Assembly (NCBI GenBank): GCA_903888485.1
Contig: CAISTS010000057.1
Span: 9,202-73,201 of the forward strand
DNA from: an uncultured bacterium
Lineage (GTDB): Bacteria; Pseudomonadota; Alphaproteobacteria; Rhodospirillales; Rhodospirillaceae
Length of the DNA: 64,000 nucleotides
Direction: 5' to 3'
Below the pieces are notes generated by a model. That model did no database searches, had not been told where the DNA came from, and saw only the letters and a program-made list of their open reading frames with translations. The translations under genes and the position numbers were made by a program. Positions within the stretch are counted from its first letter, which is position 1. Each line of letters opens with the position of its first letter. Below, in pieces: positions 18,590-28,174 of this stretch.

Positions 18590-19180
18590 ATGGTAACGGC
18601 GACATCCGACTATTTGAAACCGATCAGTTTCCTGGTCTGCGACGACCGTGCCTATATGCGCCGGGTCATCAAGGGAATTCTGGAGACTTTGGGTTGCAAG
18701 CGCATCGACGAAGCCCACCACGGCGGTGAGGCCCTGTCGATTATGCGCAGCTGGCCGCCCGATATCGTGCTGACCGAAGCGCTGCTGGCCCCGATGAGCG
18801 GCGTCGAGCTTTTGAAGGCCGTGCGTGCTGACAAGGGTTCGCTCAAGTTCACGCCGATCATCATGATCACCTCCGAGACGCGCCGCGAGCGCGTCATCGC
18901 CGCGCGCAATTCCGGCGTTACCGAATATGTCGCCAAGCCCTTCAACGCCAAGAGCCTTATCTTGCGTATCCGCGAGGTCATCGAGCGGCCGCGTCCCTTT
19001 GTCGACGTCGGCGGTTACTTTGGCCCCGACCGCCGGCGCCGCGCCGAAGTCATGGCCGAAGGCGAGGACAAACGTGGCAAGGGCGGACCGCGGTCTACGG
19101 TCAAAGAAGATCCGCGCGAGGGCCTCACCCAAGAGCAGATCGACAAGCTGGTCGCCGGCGACGCCATCCGCGACCGCTGA
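18590..19180 (+). CDS. CheY-like single-domain receiver protein with Glu at the phospho-acceptor position and an Arg-rich C-terminal tail
   Basis: Aligns by eye to CheY over its length: FLVCDD, DIVLTEALLAPMSGVELLKAVRAD, PIIMITSE, YVAKPF. Start ATG 18590; the longer track ORF covers the intergenic region. Confidence 0.8.
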   Translation: MVTATSDYLKPISFLVCDDRAYMRRVIKGILETLGCKRIDEAHHGGEALSIMRSWPPDIVLTEALLAPMSGVELLKAVRADKGSLKFTPIIMITSETRRERVIAARNSGVTEYVAKPFNAKSLILRIREVIERPRPFVDVGGYFGPDRRRRAEVMAEGEDKRGKGGPRSTVKEDPREGLTQEQIDKLVAGDAIRDR

Positions 19181-19240
19181 GGTATTGTTACGCGACCGCC
19201 ATTTTGGCCCGCGTGCGAATTGCGCTAGAACCTCACCTCC

Positions 19241-20449
19241 ATGAGCCAAACCGTCATCATCATTGGCGCGGGCCAGGCCGGCGGACAGTGTGCCCTCGCC
19301 CTGCGTCAGAACGGCTTCGAAGGCCCGGTCATCCTGATCGGCGATGAGCCTTATGTGCCATATGAACGCCCGCCGCTCTCGAAGAGCTATCTCGCCGGCG
19401 ACGTGCCGGAAGAGCGCATGTTCATGCGTCCCGAAGCCTTTTACGCCGAGAAGAACATCACCTTGATGCGCGGCGTTGCGGTAACGCGCGTTGACCGCGC
19501 CACGCGCACCGTGCAGCTTTCCACCGGCGACACACTGACCTACGCCAAGGTCGTTTTCGCCACCGGCGGACGTGTGCGCAAGATGACGTGCCCCGGCGCC
19601 GATCTGCCGGGTGTGCACTACCTACGTAACATCGACGATGTGCGCGCCTACAAGGAGCGCCTCGCGCCGGGCCTCAAGCTCGTCATCGTCGGCGGAGGTT
19701 ACATCGGCCTTGAAGTGGCGGCGGTCGCCATTAAGCGCGGCTGCACCGTCACGGTGCTCGAGATGATGCCGCTGGTGCTGAACCGCGTTGTCGCGCCGGA
19801 GATGTCGGCCTTCTTCAGCGAGGTGCACCGCGCCGCGGGTGTCGATTTACGCACGTCCACCGCGGTCACCGCCTTCGAAGGCGACGGCAAGCTCGCGCGC
19901 GTGCGTTGCGGCGACCAAGTGATCGATGCGGATCTCGCTATCGTCGGCATCGGGATCGTGCCCAATGTCGAACGCGCGGCGGAGGCGGGACTCGCCTGCG
20001 ACAACGGCATTATGGTCGATGAATGCATGCGCACGGCCGACCCTGATGTCTTCGCCGCCGGCGACTGCACCAACCACATCAACCCGGTCATCGGCGGACG
20101 GCTGCGCCTGGAATCGGTGCCCAACGCCCTCGCCCAAGGTAAAGCCGCGGCGCTGGCGATTCTCGGCAAACCCGAGCCGGTCACGGAGGTGCCCTGGTTC
20201 TGGTCGGATCAATACGACCTGAAACTGCAAATGACGGGACTCTCGCGTCAGGGTGATACGATCGTGATTCGCGGCAGCATGGCCGACCGGAAGTTCTCGG
20301 CCTGCTATCTGCGGGACGGCGTGTTCGTCGCCTGTCAGGCCGTAAACATGGCCAAGGACTTCTTGCAGTCCAAAAAGCTTATCGCCGAACGGGCGCGGCC
20401 CGATCCGGCACGGCTCGCCGATCCGGCCGTGGCCTTGCGCGATCTGTAA
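19241..20449 (+). CDS. FAD-dependent pyridine-nucleotide-disulfide oxidoreductase (ferredoxin/rubredoxin reductase-like)
   Basis: Two Rossmann motifs, IIIGAGQAGG and VIVGGGYIGLEVAA, with a reductase C-terminal domain. Confidence 0.85.
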   Translation: MSQTVIIIGAGQAGGQCALALRQNGFEGPVILIGDEPYVPYERPPLSKSYLAGDVPEERMFMRPEAFYAEKNITLMRGVAVTRVDRATRTVQLSTGDTLTYAKVVFATGGRVRKMTCPGADLPGVHYLRNIDDVRAYKERLAPGLKLVIVGGGYIGLEVAAVAIKRGCTVTVLEMMPLVLNRVVAPEMSAFFSEVHRAAGVDLRTSTAVTAFEGDGKLARVRCGDQVIDADLAIVGIGIVPNVERAAEAGLACDNGIMVDECMRTADPDVFAAGDCTNHINPVIGGRLRLESVPNALAQGKAAALAILGKPEPVTEVPWFWSDQYDLKLQMTGLSRQGDTIVIRGSMADRKFSACYLRDGVFVACQAVNMAKDFLQSKKLIAERARPDPARLADPAVALRDL

Positions 20450-20550
20450 CGGACTAAACGTGGTGCCGATTGTTAAAATGCAACCCATAGTAATTTGAGG
20501 GTTGAATCGCGGGCCCCGCCGCGGGAGTTTAGGATTCAGGAGAACAAGCC

Positions 20551-20727
20551 ATGGACCCGATCACCGGCGAAGCTATTGGTTTCCAGCAGACGCAGACCAC
20601 GCGCGTCAAAGACCCCGGCCCGGCGCAAACCGCCAATCCCCCGCCGCCGCCCAAGACCGAAGGCGCGCCGGTCAATGCGCCTAGCCCGCATCCCTTCCGC
20701 GGCCAAACCATCAACACCGTCGCATAG
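20551..20727 (+). CDS. 58-aa proline-rich hypothetical protein
   Basis: ATG preceded by AGGAG with a 9-nt spacer. GC3-rich codons. Reads MDPITGEAIGFQQTQTTRVKDPGPAQTANPPPPPKTEGAPVNAPSPHPFRGQTINTVA. Below the ORF-track cut-off. Confidence 0.4.
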   Translation: MDPITGEAIGFQQTQTTRVKDPGPAQTANPPPPPKTEGAPVNAPSPHPFRGQTINTVA

Positions 20728-20809
20728 CGTTTTGGATTTGCTGCACCCCCCGGCGCAAGACTTGCGCCGTGTGAGTGATTGGCTATGAAGGTGCTCATGA
20801 GGAGTGCCC

Positions 20810-22351
20810 ATGGCTGATCTGGCTGACGTGAATCTGTTCGAGACCTTCCGCGCGCGGTTCCCCAAAGACGCCGCCGCGCCCTTCCTGACGCTGCAGGACG
20901 GACGCATCCTTTCGTACGGCGACCTCGACACAGAGTCGGCGCGGATCGCAAATCTGCTGGCGCGCTTGGGCGCCGCGCCCGGCGACCGCGTCGCCGTGCA
21001 GGTGGAGAAATCGCCGGCGGCGGTGCTCCTTTATGTCGCGTGCCTGCGCGGTGGCTTGGTCTTCCTGCCGCTCAACACCGCCTACCGCGCCGACGAACTG
21101 GAATACTTCCTCACCGACGCCGAGCCGCGCGTCGTCGTACACGATCCCGCCAATGCCGAACTTGCGGCGCTCTGCGCGAAACACGGCATCACGGCCGCGC
21201 TGACCATGGACGCCAAAGGAAACGGCACGCTGGTCGAGCGCAGCGCCGGTGAGCCTTCCACCTTCACGCCGATCGCACGGAGCGGCAAAGACCTCGCCTG
21301 CATCCTTTATTCCTCGGGCACAACCGGCAAGCCCAAGGGCGTGATGCTGAGCCACGGCAATCTCCGCGCCAATGCCGCCGCCATGCACCAGACCTGGAAC
21401 TTCGGCCCCGAGGATGTACTGCTGCACACCCTACCGATCTTCCATACCCACGGCCTCTTCGTCGGCATCAATACCGTGCTTCTCAATGGCACTGGCATGA
21501 TCTTCCACGCCAAATACAATGCCGACGACGTGATCGCCGATCTGCCGCGCGCCACCATTTTCATGGGCGTGCCCACGTACTATGTGCGCCTGGCTGCGCA
21601 TCCGAAACTCACGCCCGCGCTGTGCAAGAACGTGCGCCTCTTTCTCTGCGGCTCCGCACCGCTGTTGGAAGAGACTTTCGTCACCTTCGCCAAGAAAACC
21701 GGCCAGCAGATCGTCGAGCGCTACGGCATGACCGAAGCCGGCATCATCACCAGTGCCGACGTCGCCAAGCCGCGCCGCGCCGGCACCGTCGGCTGGCCGC
21801 TGCCAGGCGTGACCTTGCGCATCGTCGGCGAAGGCAACAAGCCGGTGCCTCAGGGCGAAACCGGCGAGATCCAGATCAAAGGGCCCAATCTTTTCGCCGC
21901 CTACTGGCGCAAGCCCGAGAAGACCGCTGAAGACTTCACCGCCGACGGATTCTTCAAGACCGGCGATCTTGCCATTCTCGAGCCCGATGGGATGGTGAAC
22001 ATTGTCGGGCGCGCCAAGGATATGATGATCAGCGGCGGCTTCAACGTGTACCCGAAAGAAATCGAAGGCGTCATCGACGCGTTACCGGGGGTGGCGGAAT
22101 CTGCTGTCGTAGGTATGCCGCATCCCGATTTCGGCGAAGCAGGCCTGGCCGTCATCACCATGAACACCGGCGCGCCTGCGCTCGATGTTGCCGCCGTGCG
22201 AATCGCCCTCAAGGCAAGCTTGGCCAACTACAAAGTGCCTAAGATGATCGTCGTCGCTGAGGCCTTGCCGCGCAACGCCATGGGCAAGGTGCAGAAGAAC
22301 CTTCTGCGCAGTGAATACCGCGGCGCGTGGGATGAGCAACTGAACACATGA
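20810..22351 (+). CDS. matB: malonyl-CoA synthetase (malonate--CoA ligase)
   Basis: Close MatB-like N-terminal block GDRVAVQVEKSPAAVLLYVACLRGGLVFLPLNTAY..ELEYFLTDAEPRVVV and AMP motif YSSGTTGKPKGVMLSH. ATG 20810 follows GAGGAG with a 5-nt spacer. Confidence 0.85.
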   Translation: MADLADVNLFETFRARFPKDAAAPFLTLQDGRILSYGDLDTESARIANLLARLGAAPGDRVAVQVEKSPAAVLLYVACLRGGLVFLPLNTAYRADELEYFLTDAEPRVVVHDPANAELAALCAKHGITAALTMDAKGNGTLVERSAGEPSTFTPIARSGKDLACILYSSGTTGKPKGVMLSHGNLRANAAAMHQTWNFGPEDVLLHTLPIFHTHGLFVGINTVLLNGTGMIFHAKYNADDVIADLPRATIFMGVPTYYVRLAAHPKLTPALCKNVRLFLCGSAPLLEETFVTFAKKTGQQIVERYGMTEAGIITSADVAKPRRAGTVGWPLPGVTLRIVGEGNKPVPQGETGEIQIKGPNLFAAYWRKPEKTAEDFTADGFFKTGDLAILEPDGMVNIVGRAKDMMISGGFNVYPKEIEGVIDALPGVAESAVVGMPHPDFGEAGLAVITMNTGAPALDVAAVRIALKASLANYKVPKMIVVAEALPRNAMGKVQKNLLRSEYRGAWDEQLNT

Positions 22352-24582
22352 GCGAACCAGGCACGACGAGCGGCAGACCGCACCGTGGCTGGAAGGACTG
22401 GCGGCGCGAGACGCTGACGCGTCCGCTGCTCGCATGGTACAAGAAGCGCATCCCGCCCATGTCGAACACCGAACGCGAGGCCATCGAGGCCGGCACGGTG
22501 TGGTGGGACGCGACGCTGTTCACCGGCAATCCCGACTGGACGCTGCTCTTGCGCGCGCCGAAAGCCGCGCTGTCGGATGAAGAGCAGTAATTCCTCGCCG
22601 GGCCCGTCGAAGAGCTCTGCGCCTTGCTCGACGACTGGAAGATCCAGCACGAATGGCGCGACCTGCCGCCCGAAGCCTGGGCTTTCATCAAAACGCACAA
22701 ATTCTTCGGCATGATCATCCCGAAGCGCTACGGCGGCCTTGGTTTCTCGGCGCAAGCCCACTCGGCGGTTGTGAGCAAGATTTCGACGCGCAGCATCGCC
22801 GGCGCGGTGACGGTCATGGTGCCCAACTCCCTCGGCCCGGCGGAGCTGCTGCTGCATTACGGGACTGACGCCCAGAAGCTTCACTACCTCCCGCGTCTTG
22901 CCGCCGGCTGCGACATCCCATGCTTCGCGCTCACCGGACCCGAAGCCGGTTCCGATGCTTCGGCCATGCCCGACGTGGGCATCGTCTGCAAAGGCATTCA
23001 CGAGGGTCAGGAAGTCCTTGGCCTGCGCGCCACCTGGGAGAAGCGCTACATCACGCTCGGTCCCGTCGCGACTGTGATGGGTCTCGCGCTGCGCGTTGAG
23101 GATCCCGACCATCTCCTCAGTGACGTCGAAGATCGCGGCATCAGCGTCGCGCTGATCCCGACAAATCTTCCCGGCGTTTCCATCGGGCGGCGTCCCTTGC
23201 CGGTGAACCAAGCCTTCATGAACGGCCCCAACAGCGGCAAGGATGTGTTCATCCCCATGGACATGCTGATCGGCGGGCAGGAGCGCATTGGCCAGGGCTG
23301 GCGCATGCTGGTGGAGTGCCTGGCCGCCGGGCGCGGCATTTCATTGCCGGCGCTGTCGGCCGGCGGCGTCAAGCTCGCCGCACGCACGACCGGCGCCTAC
23401 GGCCGCGTGCGCAAACAGTTCGGCGTCTCGGTCGGCAAGTTCGAAGGCGTACAAGAGGCCCTCGCGCGGATCGCCGGCTCTGCTTACCTCGTAGAGTCCA
23501 TGCGCCGGCTCACCGCCGTCGCGGTCGATCTGGGCGAAAAGCCCTCGGTGCTCTCGGCCATCGCCAAGTTCCACGCCACCGAGATGATGCGCAAGACTAT
23601 CAACGATGCGCTCGACATCCATGGAGGCAAGGCCATCATCGAAGGCCCGCGCAACTATCTCGCCAACGTTTATCACGCCATGCCGGTGAGCATCACCGTC
23701 GAGGGCGCCAATATTCTCACGCGCAGCTTGATCATCTTCGGGCAAGGCGCCATCCGCTGCCATCCGTATCTCTATAAGGAAATGCTGGCGGCGCGCGATA
23801 CCGATCCCGATAAGAGTCTGGTCGATTTTGATGCGCTGATCTGGGCGCACGCGGCGCATATTGCGGGTACGAAACTACGCGCGCTGATGCACAATCTCAC
23901 CGGCGGCTGGTTTGCACGCGCACCGCGCGCGGGTGCGGCCAAACCGATCTACCGCCAGCTCGGACGCGCCAGCGCGTCGTTCGCTTATGTCGCCGAAGTG
24001 GCGATGATCCTGTTGGGCGGCGCGCTCAAACGCCGCGAGGCCCTCTCGGCGCGCCTCGGCGATGCGCTGTCGCAGATGTATCTGCTCAGCTGCGCGCTGA
24101 AACGCTTCGAGGACGACGGACGTCCCGATGAAGATTTGCCGTTACTGAGGTGGAGCGCGCAGCATTGCCTCTACGAAATTCAAACCGCGCTCAACGGCGT
24201 GCTGGAAAATTTCCCCTACTGGCCAATGGGCGCATTGATGCGGCTTATCGTGTTCCCGTTAGGGCGCCGCCACCAACCGCCAAGCGACAAGCTCAACGGC
24301 CGCATCGCCGACATGCTGCTTAGCCCGTCCACGGCGCGCGACCGCCTCACCGCCGGCATCTACATCGGTCCGGCCGATCAAGCCGTCGGCGAGTTGGATG
24401 CGGCGCTGGAAGCGGTCACCGGAGCCGACGCGATCACGCAGCGCCTGAAGCGCGCCGGACTGACAGAGCCGACGCCCGAGGAAAAAGAGGTGCTGGACCG
24501 CGCGGCCGCGCTCACGCGAAAGGTCATTGCCGTCGATGACTTCGCGCCGGAAGAACTCTCGCCGCGCTGGGACAGCCGCTAG
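22348..24582 (+). pseudogene. fadE: FadE-type large acyl-CoA dehydrogenase interrupted by one in-frame TAA (22588-22590)
   Basis: Track ORFs 22348-22590 and 22624-24582 are in the same frame. Read-through gives ...PKAALSDEEQ*FLAGPVEELCALLDDWKIQHEWRDLPPEAW..., colinear with the FadE region EEQ-x-FL-x-GPVEE. ATGA-coupled to matB. Confidence 0.7.
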
Positions 24583-25028
24583 CGCTTGGCTCCGCCGCCC
24601 GGTCCCGTAGGCGCAACCACCATCTCAACCCGCGTCGACCCGATGGAATTGCCGCGCGCGATGGTGACGGTCGCCGTGCGGTTGGTGGCTGACGAGCTGA
24701 AGGTCATCACCGAAGGGTCCGAGCGCATGGCGGTGACTTCGGCCCAACCAAAGTTGGGCATTTCCTTGTGCAGGAAGTCGAAGACCTCATCGGCGCCGGT
24801 GGCGGTGGTATAGGCAAGCCGACCCGTCCAGCTTTCGTCGGTGCCGAAAATAATCGTGCGCGCGGCGTCGATCTTGTATCCCGCCGGCAGGGCTGTGCCC
24901 TTGGTGATGGGCGGCGGCGGCCCCGCGGCTTCGTCAGCGGGTGCCGGACCGCTGGTGACCGGCGCCGTGCCTGCGGCGCACCCGAAAAGAAGAACGAGGC
25001 CCAAGAGGCTCAAAGCAAGTCGAATCAT
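24579..25028 (-). CDS. lipoprotein, hypothetical
   Basis: From ATG 25028: MIRLALSLLGLVLLFGCAAG, a signal peptide with lipobox. Confidence 0.6.
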   Translation of the reverse strand: MIRLALSLLGLVLLFGCAAGTAPVTSGPAPADEAAGPPPPITKGTALPAGYKIDAARTIIFGTDESWTGRLAYTTATGADEVFDFLHKEMPNFGWAEVTAMRSDPSVMTFSSSATNRTATVTIARGNSIGSTRVEMVVAPTGPGGGAKR

Positions 25029-25079
25029 CGGCGCGCAATCCCCCACAACAAATCTTCGTTCATTGTACTGCAACCTCGC

Positions 25080-25799
25080 TCACTTCGCGAGTTCCGGAAA
25101 GCACCGCGCCATGAGGCGCTCGAAATGCGCGACGAGGCTGCCGTGCTTGGCCGTGGCCACCGTCAGCGGGTTGGTCCAAGGCGTATGTAGGATATTGCCG
25201 ATCGTGGCGGCCAAGCATGCATCGAAGGTTGTTGGCGCGTCGCCAAATCCCCACGTGCGGTTGCCGAGAAAGTGCGCCAACGCCTGCACGTCGGCGATGC
25301 CCATCCGCCAGATGACGTCGGGAGCGTGCCGGCCGATGCCGTGTGCATTCATGCCTTTTTTTATTCCCCGCGCGGCCGCGATGGCGATCAACGGCACGAG
25401 AAAGGACGGCAGCCCGAGCAAATCCTTGAGGTATTGGCGCTGCGCCGCCTTGTCGGTCGGGTCGATCCAACGCTTGTAGACCATCACCCAATAGAGGTGC
25501 TCCTCCATCATCCGCTGGAAGGCGAGCGACTGGGCGCGCTCGGCCAGGGTCAGCTTACCGTCGACGGGATGCCCGTGCGTTGCCTCGAGATGGTTGATGA
25601 TCAGTCCGGAGTCAGACATCACCTTTCCATCCACCTCAATGAACGGGGCTTTGCCGGTCGGCGACTTGATGCGCCCAGTAATCGTCTCCACGCGGTGCGC
25701 GATGCCGGAGAGGCGCAAATAGGTTTCGAGCTTCATACAGAAGGGGCTGGGGTTGGGTAGCCCGTACAACGGCTTGAACTGATAGAGCGTGACCACCAT
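25080..25799 (-). CDS. glutathione S-transferase family protein (metaxin/FAXC-like subgroup)
   Basis: From ATG 25799: MVVTLYQFKPLYGLPNPSPFCMKLETYLRLSGI...GKAPFIEVDG, a thioredoxin-like GST N-domain followed by a helical C-domain. The start overlaps the ABC gene stop by 1 nt (TGATG). Confidence 0.75.
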   Translation of the reverse strand: MVVTLYQFKPLYGLPNPSPFCMKLETYLRLSGIAHRVETITGRIKSPTGKAPFIEVDGKVMSDSGLIINHLEATHGHPVDGKLTLAERAQSLAFQRMMEEHLYWVMVYKRWIDPTDKAAQRQYLKDLLGLPSFLVPLIAIAAARGIKKGMNAHGIGRHAPDVIWRMGIADVQALAHFLGNRTWGFGDAPTTFDACLAATIGNILHTPWTNPLTVATAKHGSLVAHFERLMARCFPELAK

Positions 25800-27628
25800 C
25801 ACATGAACCCGCCAGCTTGGCGGTTCCACAACCGCGCATAGGTACCGCCCTTGGCAAGCAACGCCGCATGGGCACCTTGTTCGATCACGCGGCCCTCCTC
25901 CAGGACAATGATGCGGTCGAGGTGCATGATGGTCGAGAGGCGGTGCGCCACCGCGATCACCGTGCGCCCGTCCATGAGTTTGAGCAGGCCGTCTTGAATC
26001 AGGTGCTCGGCCTCGCTGTCCAGCGACGAGGTCGCTTCGTCGAGGATCAGGATTGGGGCGTTCTTGAGGAAAGCCCTGGCAATAGCGACACGCTGGCGCT
26101 CGCCGCCCGAAAGCTTCATGCCCTTCTCGCCGACGACGGCATCGTAGCCGCCGGCGCGCGCAACGACGAAGTCGTGACAATAAGCCATCTCGGCGGCGTG
26201 GATCAGTTCCGCTTCGCTCGCCTCTGGCCGGCCATACGTGATGTTCTCGCGCACCGAGCGGTGGAACACGCTCGGCGTCTGCGGCACTTCGGCAAATGCC
26301 TCATGCAGTGAATCCCAGGTCACGTTTTCAATATCCTGCCCATCGATGAGGATGGCGCCTCCCTGCATGGGGAACTGCCGACGCAGAAGGCGGAGCAGTG
26401 TGCTCTTGCCCGCGCCGCTGGGCCCGACCAGGCCGACTTTCTCACCCGCGGCGATGGAGAGACTGAGATGCGTGAACACCGGCGTGCCGTCGGGATAGCT
26501 GAAGGTTACGTCTCTGATCTCGATCGCCCCGCCCGCGATCTTGAGGGGCTGAGCGCTGGGCGAGTCGGTGACCTCGTGCGGCGTTGTGACGGTCTCCAGG
26601 CTCTCCGTCAGCAGTCCTAACTGCTCGAAGAACTGAAGCAGCGTATCGCCGAGCGAATTGACGTGCGCCGAGATTAGGAGGCTCAGCGAAATCAGCATCG
26701 TCAGCGTTCCGACCGATAACCGCGCAGCCAGCGCTTCCTGGAAGCTCCACCACACGACGACGATAAGAAAGGCTATGCCGACGGCATGGAGCGCGAGGCG
26801 CATACGGAACAACACCACGCGTAGTTTGACGCCGGTGTCGTATTCGCGTTGGCCGAAGGGTGCGAGCAGCTCGCGCTCGAAGGTGCGCCGCGCGAAGGCG
26901 CGCACCAGATCCCAGTTGTTGAGCGAATCGATCAGACGGCCGGCATAGGCCGTCGCCGCCTTGCCGCTGGCTTTTGCGTATTTGCGGCAGCTCTGCGCAA
27001 GCAGCAGCGCAACGAGGGTGAAGACAACGGCGAAAGCGCCGAACAGCAGCAGGAACGCCGGCGCCTGGTGGGCGACAAGGATGGCCGAGACAATAAACAG
27101 GATCACCAGGCGCGGCACCGTCGAGAACAGATAGTCGATCACGGCCGTCGCCGCGCCGGCGGCGTTGCGCACCTTGGCCGACAACGCACCCGAGAGCTGG
27201 TCGAGGAAGAAACGCGGCGCGTGGCCGTGCACATATGTGAACAGCTCGTCTTGAATGGTGTTGCGCAGCTTCAGCATCGTGGTCGTGCTGGCGAAGGTAT
27301 GCACACGCCCGAGCACAGGGCCTGTGATCCAGATGGCACAGAGCACGCCGAGCCACAGATAGGCCGGCCGTTGCATGGCGGCATCGCCGCCGGTCACCGC
27401 CGTAACGGCGTTGATCAACGACCCCAAGGCATAGGGCATCAAGTTGTCGAGGAGCGCGCCGACCAATCCCAGAACGACCAGACCGGCTACACGCGCGGCG
27501 CCGTGACGGCGGACTTGATCCCAGATCAGCGCGAAGGGCGCGGTCGTCGCGGGCGGCGGAGGCGGCGCGTGAGTCGTTGTCGGCGGCGCAGCTACGGTGG
27601 CGCGCCGCCTGTGAGCATCGTCGGGCAT
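25799..27628 (-). CDS. ABC exporter, fused 6-TM permease + ATPase (MsbA/type-I exporter-like)
   Basis: Walker A GPSGAGKST, signature LSGGERQRVAIARA, Walker B ILILDEATSSLD. Pro/Thr-rich N-terminal extension. Confidence 0.88.
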   Translation of the reverse strand: MPDDAHRRRATVAAPPTTTHAPPPPPATTAPFALIWDQVRRHGAARVAGLVVLGLVGALLDNLMPYALGSLINAVTAVTGGDAAMQRPAYLWLGVLCAIWITGPVLGRVHTFASTTTMLKLRNTIQDELFTYVHGHAPRFFLDQLSGALSAKVRNAAGAATAVIDYLFSTVPRLVILFIVSAILVAHQAPAFLLLFGAFAVVFTLVALLLAQSCRKYAKASGKAATAYAGRLIDSLNNWDLVRAFARRTFERELLAPFGQREYDTGVKLRVVLFRMRLALHAVGIAFLIVVVWWSFQEALAARLSVGTLTMLISLSLLISAHVNSLGDTLLQFFEQLGLLTESLETVTTPHEVTDSPSAQPLKIAGGAIEIRDVTFSYPDGTPVFTHLSLSIAAGEKVGLVGPSGAGKSTLLRLLRRQFPMQGGAILIDGQDIENVTWDSLHEAFAEVPQTPSVFHRSVRENITYGRPEASEAELIHAAEMAYCHDFVVARAGGYDAVVGEKGMKLSGGERQRVAIARAFLKNAPILILDEATSSLDSEAEHLIQDGLLKLMDGRTVIAVAHRLSTIMHLDRIIVLEEGRVIEQGAHAALLAKGGTYARLWNRQAGGFM

Positions 27629-27670
27629 GTCACAGTGATGAATCGGACTGGGATTCTGCGCAAGAGTCCC

Positions 27671-27701
27671 AAAAGCAAAAGGCCGGGTGAAACACCCGGC
27701 C
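27671..27701 (-). terminator. rho-independent terminator of the CHRD gene
   Basis: Perfect 9-bp stem GGCCGGGTG/CACCCGGCC with a 3-nt loop, followed on the minus strand by TTTTGCTTTT. Confidence 0.8.
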
Positions 27702-27730
27702 TTCGCATGGCTATTAACCTGTCTCGCGGC

Positions 27731-28174
27731 TTACTTGCTGATCTGGCCGCGAATCTCGCCGCCCTTGTTGGCAGCGGTGTGGATGTTGACGTAGGTGCGG
27801 CCCGCCAGGATGTCGGCTATCTGCGCGTCGGTGGCAGTCGCCTTGCCGGTGATCGGGCTCTTGAAGGGGGCCATGCCGAAGTTGATCACGACGCCCGCGT
27901 TGGCGCCGGCTGCGGCCGGGCCATGGATGTGCGCGGCAACCGCGTCGCCCGACAGGCCTTCATAAGTGACGCTCCACGACACTTCTTTGGTGGTGTCGTT
28001 GACGGTGATTTCAGCCGAGCCCTTGCCGGTGCTGGCGTTGGCCGGAACTTCCTGCTTGGCGTCCAAGCTGGCCTTCAATTTCGTTTCGGCGGCGCTCGCG
28101 CTAAAAGCCAAGCCCGCAGCGATCAGCGAGCCGGCAGCAATACGAATCACATTGGTCATTGTTCTCACTCCCAT
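27731..28174 (-). CDS. secreted CHRD-domain protein
   Basis: Signal peptide, then CHRD-like motifs AAHIHGPAAAG and YVNIHT. Confidence 0.7.
   Translation of the reverse strand: MGVRTMTNVIRIAAGSLIAAGLAFSASAAETKLKASLDAKQEVPANASTGKGSAEITVNDTTKEVSWSVTYEGLSGDAVAAHIHGPAAAGANAGVVINFGMAPFKSPITGKATATDAQIADILAGRTYVNIHTAANKGGEIRGQISK

Noticed and set aside
25800-26180. N-terminal 127-aa extension of track ORF 25080-26180
   Set aside because: The extension overlaps the 3' end of the ABC exporter gene in another frame and is Arg/Pro-rich junk. The GST homology begins exactly at the internal ATG 25799, which overlaps the exporter stop.
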